64,000 nt of DNA from Minisyncoccota bacterium (GCA_041671485.1 JBAZBL010000005.1:19296-83295), one strand, 5' to 3'. Positions 8,913 to 18,976 are shown, counted from the stretch's first letter. Notes: a model not told the origin generated them from the sequence alone. Numbers and translations: made by a program.

Positions 8913-9419
8913 GTGATCAAAGTACGAATCAATCATCAAATCAAAGCGCCAGAATTGCGCGTTATCACTGTAGATGGCGACAATTTGGGCGTTATACCAC
9001 TTAGTCAAGCTTTGATCGAATCACAAAACCGTGGACTGGATCTGATAGAAATATCACCTACAGCTACCCCGCCCGTTGCAAAGATAATGGATTACGGTAA
9101 GTATCTCTATGATGAGAAAAAAAAGGCCAAAGATTCCAAGTCTCGCATTCAGATAAGTGAGATCAAAAACATACAAGTAAAGATCGGTACAGGCGAACAT
9201 GATCTCGAATTGAAAGCAAAAAAAGTTGGAGAGTGGCTTGCCGAAGGCAATCGTGTCAAAGTAGATCTATATCTCATAGGACGCGCCAAATACATGGATA
9301 TAAAGTTCTTGAATGAAAGACTGGATAGGATCCTAAAGCTTATCACTGTTGAGTATAAGATCTCACAAGGACCTATAAGAGGACCAAAAGGTTTAGCTCT
9401 AATATTAGAGAAGAAATAA
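8913..9419 (+). CDS. infC: translation initiation factor IF-3
   Basis: RINHQIKAPELRVI, DLIEISP..PPVAKIMDYGKYLY; start is GTG 8913 or ATC 8916. Confidence 0.96.
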   Translation: MIKVRINHQIKAPELRVITVDGDNLGVIPLSQALIESQNRGLDLIEISPTATPPVAKIMDYGKYLYDEKKKAKDSKSRIQISEIKNIQVKIGTGEHDLELKAKKVGEWLAEGNRVKVDLYLIGRAKYMDIKFLNERLDRILKLITVEYKISQGPIRGPKGLALILEKK

Positions 9420-9420
9420 A

Positions 9421-9609
9421 ATGATCAAAACAAATAAATCATATTCAAAGCGATTGAGAATCACCCGTACGGGCAAGATTTTGTCGCGAAAGCCTGGTCA
9501 AAATCATTTCAATGCAAAGGAAAATGCAAAAAAAGGTATGAATAAGAAGCGTTCTGTGCAAATATTTATGGATAACAAATCCAGAAGTCGATTTTTAGCA
9601 ACTATATAA
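9421..9609 (+). CDS. rpmI: 50S ribosomal protein L35
   Basis: KTNKSYSKRLRITRTGK..H; infC-rpmI-rplT synteny. Confidence 0.93.
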   Translation: MIKTNKSYSKRLRITRTGKILSRKPGQNHFNAKENAKKGMNKKRSVQIFMDNKSRSRFLATI

Positions 9610-9616
9610 AACTATC

Positions 9617-9961
9617 ATGTCCAGAGTCAAAAAAGCAGTACATGCCCTGAAGAATCGCCGAAGTATTTTGAAACAAGCAAAAGGCTTCCGTTTCCGCAGA
9701 TCCAAGACAGAACGCGCAGCCAATGAAGCACTTGCTCATGCTGGTGCTTATGCATTTGCTCATAGGAGAGACAAGAAAGGCGACTTTAGACGTCTATGGA
9801 ATGTAAAGATAAATGCAGCACTCCGTCCACTTGGGTTTTCTTATAGCAAGTTTATAGGTGCAGCCAAGAAAAAGAACATCGAACTAGACCGCAAATCACT
9901 AGCATATCTAGCACAATTCAAGCCAGAAACTTTCCAGAAAGTTGTAGCCATGGTGAAATAG
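9617..9961 (+). CDS. rplT: 50S ribosomal protein L20
   Basis: MSRVK..AKGF..YAFAHRRDKKGDFRRLW..INAA..YSKFI. Confidence 0.97.
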   Translation: MSRVKKAVHALKNRRSILKQAKGFRFRRSKTERAANEALAHAGAYAFAHRRDKKGDFRRLWNVKINAALRPLGFSYSKFIGAAKKKNIELDRKSLAYLAQFKPETFQKVVAMVK

Positions 9962-9977
9962 TCTAAATCTAGTTTGT

Positions 9978-11360
9978 CTATCCTAACAAATATTCTTTTG
10001 TAATTTCAGGTACGATAGCTTCTGTATCAACTTCATTGTTGATCCTTTGAGCCAAATACATAGATGACTTTGGTTCACCCATTGCTACAAAAACTCTTTT
10101 GAGACGATCATTTGCACCTCCTACGAGATTGACCATATTGTCACTGTCTTTATGTGCAGAATATCCATGCAGAACATCTATATGCGCATTGACATGAATA
10201 TTTTCATTATTGATATGAACTTTTTTTACACCATCTGCCAATCCCCTACCTAGAGAACCGAGAGACTGATATCCAACCAAAAGAATAGTATTTTTTGGAT
10301 CAGGTAAATACTGTTTCTCATGGCCAACTACCCTACCACCATGCGACATACCTGAACCTGCCAATATAATCTTTGATCCAGAAGTTTTTTCGATCTCTTT
10401 TGATTCCCATTGCGCTACGGTAAACTTCAATCTTGGAAAAGAAAATATATCATCACCATTATCTATTTGTTTTTTTACACTATCATTGAATAAATGCAGA
10501 CTCGAACGATATATCTCTGTTGCTTTTATCGCCATTGGAGAGTCGAGAAATACTGGTATAGAAGGAATCTTACCTTTTTCAACAAGATTATTTATCTCAT
10601 AGAGTAAGACTTGAGTACGATCAACAGAGAATGTTGGAATGACCAGTGTACCACCGCGGTCAACTGTATCTTTGATAATTTTCTCTAGCTTCAAAGTCGA
10701 TTCTTCTCTCGATTCATGGTTGCGGTCACCATAAGTGCTTTCGATTATTAGATAGTCAATATCTCCTATAGGTTCTGTATCTCTTAGCAATGGAGATGGA
10801 GAATTGCCGAGATCCCCAGTAAACAATATTTTTGTATCTTTTCTATCATTCTTTATAGATACTTCTATCATTGCAGATCCCAATATATGACCAGCATCTT
10901 TCATGAATATCGAAACACCGTCAAATATTTCCAGACTTTTATGATATTCTACTGTCTCCCAAAGAGAAAATGCTTTCTTGATATCATCTTCACTATATAG
11001 TGTTTCGAGTCCATTTATTTCTGCTTCTTTGGTCAATATACCAAGTGCATCATTTAGGACCAATTCTGCCAAGATTTTTGTCTCTGGAGTTGAATATATC
11101 ATTCCAGAGAAACCTTCCCTAATTAGTTTTGGAATACGTCCAACGTGATCGAGGTGAGCGTGTGTTACGAGAAGACAATCGATAGAATCTGGTTTATAGA
11201 TAAAGTCTTTTCTATTTGCTTCATCTGCAAAACTTTCACCTTGAATTAAACCACAATCGATCAGTATGTTTTTCCCATTATTTATTTTCAGGAGAAAGTT
11301 AGCACCAGTCACTGTACTGACACCAGAGCAAAATATTAATTTTGTTTTTTGATCTATCAT
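9978..11360 (-). CDS. MBL-fold beta-CASP RNA-processing metallohydrolase
   Basis: THAHLDHVG, AGHILGS, FTGDLG, ESTYGDR, SGMSHGGR, YSAHKD. Confidence 0.92.
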   Translation of the reverse strand: MIDQKTKLIFCSGVSTVTGANFLLKINNGKNILIDCGLIQGESFADEANRKDFIYKPDSIDCLLVTHAHLDHVGRIPKLIREGFSGMIYSTPETKILAELVLNDALGILTKEAEINGLETLYSEDDIKKAFSLWETVEYHKSLEIFDGVSIFMKDAGHILGSAMIEVSIKNDRKDTKILFTGDLGNSPSPLLRDTEPIGDIDYLIIESTYGDRNHESREESTLKLEKIIKDTVDRGGTLVIPTFSVDRTQVLLYEINNLVEKGKIPSIPVFLDSPMAIKATEIYRSSLHLFNDSVKKQIDNGDDIFSFPRLKFTVAQWESKEIEKTSGSKIILAGSGMSHGGRVVGHEKQYLPDPKNTILLVGYQSLGSLGRGLADGVKKVHINNENIHVNAHIDVLHGYSAHKDSDNMVNLVGGANDRLKRVFVAMGEPKSSMYLAQRINNEVDTEAIVPEITKEYLLG

Positions 11361-11731
11361 TGCTTTGGAATATGTGCCAACCACAATGCCAATATTCCTC
11401 CTATTACATCGTCAAATAAATCTTTGACTGTATCTATAAAATACAATACTGTTCCAAATGGATGTCCAGATATGTTATAGACAATCTCAAATAATTCCCA
11501 GAGTATACCAGCAATAAATACGCCAACTATGACTATTAACTTTTCTTTACCTATAAATATATGATGATATTTAATTGCCGCAGAAAGTGCCAATCCAATA
11601 CCTAGACCACCTGCTATATGCATCAATATATCGTAGCTAGGTATTGTCATAAACAAATTTTCTTGTATACCGACGATCTCGCCTATCAAAACTGATACAA
11701 GTATGGCCAGAGAATAAAAGTACAATTTCAT
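11357..11731 (-). CDS. membrane protein (DxxxH...WE...DT..DL type)
   Basis: Hydrophobic helices with YDILMHIAGG, LWELFE, DTVKDL. Confidence 0.75.
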   Translation of the reverse strand: MKLYFYSLAILVSVLIGEIVGIQENLFMTIPSYDILMHIAGGLGIGLALSAAIKYHHIFIGKEKLIVIVGVFIAGILWELFEIVYNISGHPFGTVLYFIDTVKDLFDDVIGGILALWLAHIPKQ

Positions 11732-11751
11732 TGTGCTATTCTAACACAATC

Positions 11752-11942
11752 AAAAACACCCGCACATATCATTTCAAAGATAGTTGAACGGATGTTCTCG
11801 ATCGGTTGCGAAAGTACCATAACCTGTTTACTACAAGTGGGTTGCCTCACATAGAGCACCAAAGCGCCTACGAATCTGATTTACATTGAGCAAATCATTG
11901 GCATCCCGGTTATGTTGGTATAGGGTTTATACTCCCGCAACC
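11752..11942 (-). ncRNA. candidate structured ncRNA (6S-like or unknown)
   Basis: TTGACG-16-TACAAT promoter at 11950-11977; long closing stem GGTTGCGGGAGTA/TACTTTCGCAACC; terminator hairpin with U-tract. Confidence 0.55.
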
Positions 11943-11957
11943 TATATATATTGTAGT

Positions 11958-12566
11958 TTACTCCAAAATACCGTCAAGGTTTACATCATACATTATTTGT
12001 TCTGCAATGAGTCTATAATTAATCAATTCATTATCTTCGAACCAGTGCTTTATCTCATCATTGGCCTCTTTTGGAGATCCAGAAGCATGTATGACATTCC
12101 TGACTGCACGACCGTCACCATCACTCATGACATAGGAATCCAAGACGAAATCGCCACGAATGGTACCAACGTCCGAAGTTAGGGGTTCTGTGCCACCTGT
12201 TAATTTGCGTACAATCTGTACTACGTGAGCACCTTGCCAAACCATCGCTACTACAGGTCCACTTGTAATGTATTTTATAAGTACTTTCAATACTTTTTCT
12301 GAAACTTTTATAGGGTCTTCAGAGGGTGGTCTCAAACCTTTGTCTTTATAGCCTTTGATAGATTTCAGTCCTGTTTTCATCATCCATTCAGGATCGAGAG
12401 TATAGTGCTTCTCTACAAAATCTGCTGTTGGCACCAACATCTTTACACCTACCAATTTGAGCCCAATCTGTTCATATCTCTTTACTACTTCTCCGATAAG
12501 ACCACGCTGTATACCATCCGGCTTGATAACTACGAGCGTGCGTTCATATTTTGGGTGAGTTTTCAT
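11958..12566 (-). CDS. ndk: nucleoside diphosphate kinase
   Basis: ERTLVVIKPDG, GTIRGDF, NVIHASGS. Confidence 0.96.
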   Translation of the reverse strand: MKTHPKYERTLVVIKPDGIQRGLIGEVVKRYEQIGLKLVGVKMLVPTADFVEKHYTLDPEWMMKTGLKSIKGYKDKGLRPPSEDPIKVSEKVLKVLIKYITSGPVVAMVWQGAHVVQIVRKLTGGTEPLTSDVGTIRGDFVLDSYVMSDGDGRAVRNVIHASGSPKEANDEIKHWFEDNELINYRLIAEQIMYDVNLDGILE

Positions 12567-12651
12567 ATGTCGGATACTATAGCATATTTATCACAAAAGA
12601 TAGAAATCTTTGTTTTTTACGCACCTTAATACAATGTTAGGACAGTCTTAA

Positions 12652-14082
12652 CTAGTTGATAGTAAAGCTGGAATCACTGTCATCATAATTCGCATTACCT
12701 AGGTTATCTTCGACAATCATAATACCGATTAAATAACCATTGCCGTGACTATCAACATCAGATTTATTAACGGTCCATTCGTATTCTCCCTTATCGAGAT
12801 CATTTCCACTGATTTCGGCGATATTGGTGAAAGAATTTGGAAGCGGAGTACAACTATAACCATATGGACATCGGGCATTACTTCTTAAACTTATAATTGC
12901 AGAATTTGGTTTTTCACCCAAGCTTGACCATTTGATAGTTATCTTATTGCCTGCCGTAAGAGCTTCACCACCGTTTGGTGATACAAGAGTCACAAATGTT
13001 TTACCAGAAGTAATCGAGCGCGTACTTATAACAAAAGTACTGTCTGATAAATCAGAAGCAACTGGTCCGGTGGCAGAATTATCCATTGATTGAGGTGAAT
13101 TTATAGCAATTTTATATTCACCACTAGCAATTGTCGGATCCATTCTCCAATTGTAATTTCCAGTATTTGGAATATCAGAAGCAATAGTTTTGATCCAATC
13201 CCCATCCTTATTAAGCAGTCCTATCATAATATTCATACTGCCAAAGTCTGAAGTAGTCCATCGAATTGTTGCTATATTATCCCTTCCTCCATTGTTTAAT
13301 ACCTCTCCCATGTTTGGATAAAGAACTGTAACGGATGGTTGATTTGAATTAGGAGAAATAAACTTGAGAGTCGATAAAATATGATTAAAATATTCTTCTC
13401 CTTTATTTGGAGAAATTATTCCTGGGAGATTGAGGTAGGTCTGATAGTCTTCATTTATGGAATTAAATTCGGCAACATAGCCACGATGAATGACGAGCGT
13501 CTGGGTTGAGGAAATAGTAATGAAATAAATATCTTCGCCACACCCTTCGACTCCAGAGGAAACTCTATATCCATTCAAAGAACCAAATTTAAAAGGGTTT
13601 TTGGAAACATAATCCCAACCTGGGTATACGCTACTTTGTACAAAAGCTTTTAAGTTTTGGTTGACAACTTTGAGAGACACACCGAAATCTGAGAGTCGAT
13701 CGAGTGGTGGAGCATCACCCTTGAAATCATCACATTGATTATAATGTCTATAAGCAACGGAGTGACTCAATGTGATAGTTCCTTCATCTTGTTTTGATGA
13801 AATTAAGACTGGATATTCAAACGAAATCAAATCGTCTGAATACTTTTTCCAAATAGAAGTATTAATTTGGGGTGATGTTTGGGTATTTTGAGAATCTGAA
13901 TTTACAGAATTATTTTGTCCAGTCGTTTGTTGTGGCTGATTTGATTGTTGTACTTGTACATCTGTAATATCGGGAATATCTATTTTTTTACTTTCATAAA
14001 CATAGATACCTCCACCAACTACTAATAATGCACTAATCAAAACCAATAACTGTGTAACATAACCTTTTTGTGAGTTTTTCAT
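12652..14082 (-). CDS. secreted/surface protein with Ser/Thr-rich Ig-like repeats
   Basis: Pilin-like N-terminus (MKNSQKGY + hydrophobic helix); two (Y/S)PN(M/G)GE...I.W...G.Y.W...D.SD..F.I modules. Confidence 0.75.
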   Translation of the reverse strand: MKNSQKGYVTQLLVLISALLVVGGGIYVYESKKIDIPDITDVQVQQSNQPQQTTGQNNSVNSDSQNTQTSPQINTSIWKKYSDDLISFEYPVLISSKQDEGTITLSHSVAYRHYNQCDDFKGDAPPLDRLSDFGVSLKVVNQNLKAFVQSSVYPGWDYVSKNPFKFGSLNGYRVSSGVEGCGEDIYFITISSTQTLVIHRGYVAEFNSINEDYQTYLNLPGIISPNKGEEYFNHILSTLKFISPNSNQPSVTVLYPNMGEVLNNGGRDNIATIRWTTSDFGSMNIMIGLLNKDGDWIKTIASDIPNTGNYNWRMDPTIASGEYKIAINSPQSMDNSATGPVASDLSDSTFVISTRSITSGKTFVTLVSPNGGEALTAGNKITIKWSSLGEKPNSAIISLRSNARCPYGYSCTPLPNSFTNIAEISGNDLDKGEYEWTVNKSDVDSHGNGYLIGIMIVEDNLGNANYDDSDSSFTIN

Positions 14083-14147
14083 ATATAAAATACTATACCA
14101 TATTTCAGATAAAAATAAGAGCTCCTTATCATTCCATTCTTGACTCT

Positions 14148-14987
14148 TTACTTATCACCTTTCAATAATTTATTCCTTCGTACTCTCCAATTTTCATCTG
14201 TTATAACTGACTTACCAGTCTTCTCTTCGATCTGTTTTCTAGCATTCCCTGCAATATTCCCACCATCTCTTGCAACTTTCTTACTCGGTTCCAATCCTTC
14301 CGGTTTTTCTTTCTTGGAAATCTCCGTTGTAGCAGTTTCTGCTAACATATTGAGTACCAATTCAATATTTGTCATATTGTCACGAAGGTTTTCTTTCTTG
14401 AGATCTTTCAGATTCTTGTATTCTCTGGTAGTCATTCCTGTCCAAGCTTTTGATATTTCATCTGTAAGAATTGCAAATTCAAGTCCTTCTTTAACTCCAC
14501 ACTTTTCCCATTCATCAGTGAGTTCCTTGCGGATTTCAATACTCTTTAGTCTTTGATTGATCCAATTCAGAGAATATCCTTTACTAAGATATGTCTTGAG
14601 AGCCCGAGTAATAGCAAGCTCCGGATCTGCGGTCTCCTCAAGACGTTCATATCCAACCTTGGCTAACCATAGCTTGAATGGTTCTGCGTTTGGAGACGGG
14701 ATAGATTGTACCAGACGCAATAACACTTCGGTGTCTGCAACGTCTGTAATACGCATTTTTCCGTCCGCCGCAACCATTTTCAAACCGTGACATTTTGTCA
14801 CGCTTTCACTTCCTTCTTGTTTTAAGCGCTCTTTTAGTTTACGCCAGTATTCCAAAGGGGCTGTACTGTTACTCAATGTAGCTACGACATCAACCACAGA
14901 AAAATACCATTTCTCCGACTGTTCATCCCAATGTCGGCGAATCTGCTTACCTTCGAATATAGCTAGATGTTTGTCTTTTGATTTCAT
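14148..14987 (-). CDS. Bro-N domain protein (phage antirepressor-like)
   Basis: FEGKQIRRHWD..WYFSVVDVV, SIPSPNAEPFKLWLA, NLRDNMT. Confidence 0.88.
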   Translation of the reverse strand: MKSKDKHLAIFEGKQIRRHWDEQSEKWYFSVVDVVATLSNSTAPLEYWRKLKERLKQEGSESVTKCHGLKMVAADGKMRITDVADTEVLLRLVQSIPSPNAEPFKLWLAKVGYERLEETADPELAITRALKTYLSKGYSLNWINQRLKSIEIRKELTDEWEKCGVKEGLEFAILTDEISKAWTGMTTREYKNLKDLKKENLRDNMTNIELVLNMLAETATTEISKKEKPEGLEPSKKVARDGGNIAGNARKQIEEKTGKSVITDENWRVRRNKLLKGDK

Positions 14988-15041
14988 AGATCAATCTTCT
15001 CAAATAAAAAAGAAAAATCAATATTGACGAAAAGAAACATT

Positions 15042-15252
15042 TGGTGCCTGCACCGAGCGAGGAGCAAGGCGACGAGTCGAGGTGCGCGCACTAGGGTTCT
15101 TTCCTTACAGGAACAGTATAGTCTTCGCATTTTCTCAGATTCGACAAGCTCATCATCGAAAATATGCTCAGACTTTTCGAACCCTAGATACAAGCACCAC
15201 TTGGTGCTTGTATGCGCGCCCAACAAAAAAGTCTGAATAAACAGACTTTTTT
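15042..15252 (+). repeat. tRNA-Ile 3'-end duplication with nested palindromes
   Basis: 19-bp direct repeat GGTGCGCGCACTAGGGTTC at 15081 and 15254, plus an interrupted inverted copy at ~15179-15219. Confidence 0.85.
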
Positions 15253-15328
15253 TGGTGCGCGCACTAGGGTTCGAACCTAGGACCTTTCGAGTATCAGTCG
15301 AATGCTCTACCAGCTGAGCTATGCGCGC
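15253..15328 (-). tRNA. tRNA-Ile(GAT)
   Basis: GCGCGCATAGCTCAG...TTCGA-CTGATAC-TCGAA...GGTTCGAACCC...TGCGCGCACCA; 76 nt. Confidence 0.95.
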
Positions 15329-15396
15329 ATATACAAAAATCTACCAGAAAAAGTCTTTGGTGTCTATTTTATATACAATCAAATAGATCTTTCTGA

Positions 15397-15783
15397 TTAC
15401 TGAGATACCTGTTTCGTCCAGGAAACACAAGCAATAGAATTTGTCGCCGGTGACCATATTACACCAATTTGTCTAGTTGGAGTATTTATCGATACAGATC
15501 TTATCGTCTGACTAATCTGAGTTTCAGCTTTGTCTAAGCAATGTGGTGCAACTTCACTCATAATATTCCTATTTTCGATAGATATTTGAGTTATAGAGTC
15601 GACTTGACTTCGTATAACTGTTTCATCTGCAATAATACTTTTGACTTCTTTTTGTTTAAGAGTGTAAGATATAAGCTCAGATTCATCAAGAGTGCCTATC
15701 TGCTTATTACCCTGAATAAATAACCACGCTAGTACCACAATAATGATTACTAAAACAATACCAGTAATAACTTTTTTATACAT
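15397..15783 (-). CDS. hypothetical membrane-anchored protein
   Basis: N-terminal TM helix; 128 aa. Confidence 0.7.
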   Translation of the reverse strand: MYKKVITGIVLVIIIVVLAWLFIQGNKQIGTLDESELISYTLKQKEVKSIIADETVIRSQVDSITQISIENRNIMSEVAPHCLDKAETQISQTIRSVSINTPTRQIGVIWSPATNSIACVSWTKQVSQ

Positions 15784-15833
15784 TTATTTTAATTAGATTA
15801 ATAACAGATATATTATAACAAAAACATTCATAG

Positions 15834-15915
15834 TAGGCGCGAGAGGATTTGAACCTCCAAGGATTGCTCCATACGCTCCTGAAGCGTACGTGTCTACCAA
15901 TTTCACCACGCGCCC
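15834..15915 (-). tRNA. tRNA-Leu(CAG), CCA not encoded
   Basis: GGGCGCGTGGTGAAATTGGTAGAC..TACGC-TTCAGGA-GCGTA, long variable arm, GGTTCAAATCC; followed by CTA. Confidence 0.93.
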
Positions 15916-16029
15916 ATCTTGATCTCGATTGCGAGGACCCCATCAATATAAGTCAAATAAAGAAAATAGGCAAAAAACAAAGCCGTGAGGATTGAACCCA
16001 CGGCTTTCATAAACAATCTCTGACAAGAC

Positions 16030-16446
16030 CTAGTTGATCTGACTCGGCAGGATCCAAGCCAGAATTGGAAGAAGGACGAAACCGATAAAGGCAAAGGCCC
16101 CACCGATCATGATGGCCACCTGTTGCGACCATGAGATAGTCTCCCACCAGATCTGAATATCGGTCCAGACATGGCCGAGACCAAAACGGGAACGAGCCCT
16201 CTTGAGTCCCTGCATCTTCTCGATACTATCAGTGGGATCATTAATGATCCCGTCGGTGTCAATGGTGATTGCGGCTGGCGTCGGCACCACCTTGATCGAC
16301 GCCGAAGCGGGCCGGCGGTATGTATAATACCCACTGCGGTAACTTCCAGTCCCCGGAGGAATAGACGTTATCCAAGTCATCTTGGCTTCTCCCGTCATGC
16401 CCTTCGGTTGAAGGTTACCAACTGCAGGACTAACACTTTTTTTCAT
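16030..16446 (-). CDS. hypothetical protein with C-terminal TM helix
   Basis: 138-aa ORF, more GC-rich than its neighbours; own promoter (~16497-16524) and hairpin terminator (~15979-16008). Confidence 0.6.
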   Translation of the reverse strand: MKKSVSPAVGNLQPKGMTGEAKMTWITSIPPGTGSYRSGYYTYRRPASASIKVVPTPAAITIDTDGIINDPTDSIEKMQGLKRARSRFGLGHVWTDIQIWWETISWSQQVAIMIGGAFAFIGFVLLPILAWILPSQIN

Positions 16447-16530
16447 AATCGTATTTTATTTTTGCGACCACAATAGTCGCTTCAATTCGAATAAAATCAT
16501 ATCATATACGATATGTAAAGTCAAGCAAAC

Positions 16531-16560
16531 AAAAATACCGCTATTTCTAGCGGTATTTTT
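16531..16560 (-). terminator. intrinsic terminator downstream of 16S
   Basis: AAAAATACCGCTA-TTTC-TAGCGGTATTTTT. Confidence 0.75.
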
Positions 16561-17114
16561 GCTTCGCCAATTGGCGGACTAGCTCTCTATTTTGTTCCGT
16601 TCACCCATCAGAGATTCAATTGATATCTCCGATGTGTGTCCCCTATCTTCGAGGACTAAGCGTTCACATTTACGGTTGCAGAACGATAACCTCCATCTCA
16701 AAGAGATGGATCGACATAAGTTTTTCGAGTCAAAGACTCGAAAAACGATTTTCACTTGAAATATTCCACGAGCAGCTTCCGCTACCCGTGCCTTGTTACG
16801 ACTTAGCTCTTGTCACCGAATTTACCGTAGGCCCGCACGAGGCGGAACTTCGGGTACTTCCGGCTCCCTTAGCTTGACGGGCGGTGAGTACAAGACTTGA
16901 GAACGTATTCACCGCGGTATAGCTGACCCGCGATTACTAGCGATTCCGGCTTCATGAGGCCGAGTTGCAGGCCTCAATCCGAACTGGCGCGACTTTTATA
17001 AGGGTTTGCTCCGGCTTCGATCGCCATTGCGTCCCGTTGTAGTCGCGATTGTAACACGTGTGTAGCCCAGGTTGTCAAAGAGTCATGCTGACTTGGCGTC
17101 ATCCCCACCTTCCT

Positions 17115-17228
17115 CCCGTCCCACTGCCGACATTCTATGCGTTTTGTGAATATTTCTTTTATTACGATATTTTTAAATATCGGCATTGGAAAGTACTCAA
17201 CATCGCGCAATCTCGGCACTGGGACGGG
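17115..17228 (-). other. 16S intervening sequence (~100 nt) extending helix 40
   Basis: CCGTCCCA.TGCCGA / TCGGCA.TGGGACGG stem enclosing an AT-rich loop at E. coli ~1165-1170. Confidence 0.8.
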
Positions 17229-17862
17229 CGGTCTCGGCTGATACTTGTAACAGCCAACGAGGGTTGCGTTCGTTACCCCACTGAAGGGAACAGCTCAAGC
17301 CACGAACTGACGACAGCCATGCAACACCTGTCCAGCCGCCTTACGGCGACCCTAGTTTCTTAGGATCTTCGTCTGGATGTCTAAACCTGGTAAGGTTCTT
17401 CGTTTATCGTCGAATTGAACCACATGTTCCACCGCTTGTGCAAGTCCCCGTCTATTCCTTTGAGTTTCAATCTTGCGATCGTACTACCCAGGCGGATCTC
17501 TTATCGCGTTAGCTTGGCCTCGAAGAGGGTCGATACTCCTCAAAGCTAGAGATCATCGTTTAGGGCACGGATTACTGGGGTATCTAATCCCATTCACTCC
17601 CCGTGCTTTCGTGTTTCAGCGTCAGGAAATGGACCAGTCTCTTGCCTTCGCTTTTGGTGTTCCCCATGATATCAACGCATTTCACCGCTACACCATGAGT
17701 TCCAGAGACCCCTTCCATCCTCTAAAAGTCTTGCCGTTTCCCCCGCGAGTCCCCGGTTGAGCCGGAGAATTTTACGAGAGACTAACAAAACCGCCTACAC
17801 ACCCTTTACGCCCAATGATTCCGGATAACGCTCGAGGCACTCGTATTACCGCTGCTGCTGGC

Positions 17863-18808
17863 CATTTGATTTGTCTCGCATCACTGCGAGGATCGGACTA
17901 TATCATCACCCTGAGTCACTTTATAACAGAGGGGTTCGGCGTTTGATAAAGAATCTTATTGATTCTTTATCTCACTATATTGAAAACACTTTTATGTTTT
18001 CTCAAGATCAGTCTCTGAGGGGTCAAGTTACTTATTTGGTGGTAATTTATACATAAAACAAGAAAGAATATATGGTCTCACGATTTCCAAGAATCGTTCT
18101 CGACCATTTTTACCGATATACAATTTTGTATATCGTTTACCTCTTGAGCTTGGAGTTTGAATTGTGGAATTGATTCCAAAATTTTCTTTCAAAGCTTCTT
18201 GAAGTAATTTTGTTTCTTCAACAGTGAAATCATCAGCACTTATAGAAAATGAATAATGTGATTTCTCTCGATAATCGAGAGTTCCATCATCCATAAACCA
18301 TACCGCTAAGGAAATCGGTGAATTCAGGATATTCTTAATAGAGTGAGGAACTATCTTTCTTCTATTCTCGTAGAATATTTTTCTGAACTCTTCCAATAAC
18401 CTCAACGATCTAGTACTGAAATACCATTGAAGAGTGTCAGGTCTTTGTTTGGGTAAAGTTCTTACTAGATTAGCTAAATTTTCATATAGCCATATAACGT
18501 ATTCTTTCTTCCTGTCTGCCTGCTTTATTTGCAAGCGAGAAGCTTTAAATTTGTCATACTCTAGTGATCCGTCACCAAGCAAGGTGCCAACAATTATATC
18601 TTTTTGTATTTGTGATAAATCCATTGTGCCAATTATAACTGACTTCCCTGCTGATTGTCTGCAATTCCCTTTACATCAGGGCAGCGCATTGCAGATTTCC
18701 AGCATATAAGCCGAATTTGCACTGAATCTTGCGATTCAGTGTCGCACCGCGGATTACATACGAGTGCAAGTGATTATATATTCACTATGTTGCTTAAATT
18801 TTAATTTT
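17863..18808 (-). mobile_element. group I intron at 16S position 516
   Basis: Exons rejoin as AAACTCGT|GCCAGCAGC; 5' exon ends in U, intron ends in G; core elements TGCTGGAAA, AATCAGCAGG, CAGAGACTGA, GATATAGTCC. Confidence 0.92.
18028..18624 (-). CDS. LAGLIDADG homing endonuclease (two-motif type)
   Basis: IIVGTLLGDGSL and LAVWFMDDG motifs inside the intron. Confidence 0.93.
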   Translation of the reverse strand: MDLSQIQKDIIVGTLLGDGSLEYDKFKASRLQIKQADRKKEYVIWLYENLANLVRTLPKQRPDTLQWYFSTRSLRLLEEFRKIFYENRRKIVPHSIKNILNSPISLAVWFMDDGTLDYREKSHYSFSISADDFTVEETKLLQEALKENFGINSTIQTPSSRGKRYTKLYIGKNGRERFLEIVRPYILSCFMYKLPPNK

Positions 18809-18945
18809 ACGAGTTTAGCAACCTCTTATTCTCCAGGTACAATCATCCGCCGTTAGGCGAATTTTTCCCTGGCAAAAGGAGTTTACATACCTAAGTACTT
18901 CATCCTCCACGCGGCGTCGCTCCGTCAGACTTTCGTCCATTGCGG

Positions 18946-18976
<31 letters not shown>

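Noticed and set aside
14984-15236. Two ORFs over the tRNA-Ile flank
   Set aside because: They coincide with palindromic repeat DNA and have no protein features
16604-16757. Intron hiding a true anti-SD at the 16S 3' end
   Set aside because: No group I R/S or group II domain V motif, and no downstream CCTCC to rejoin
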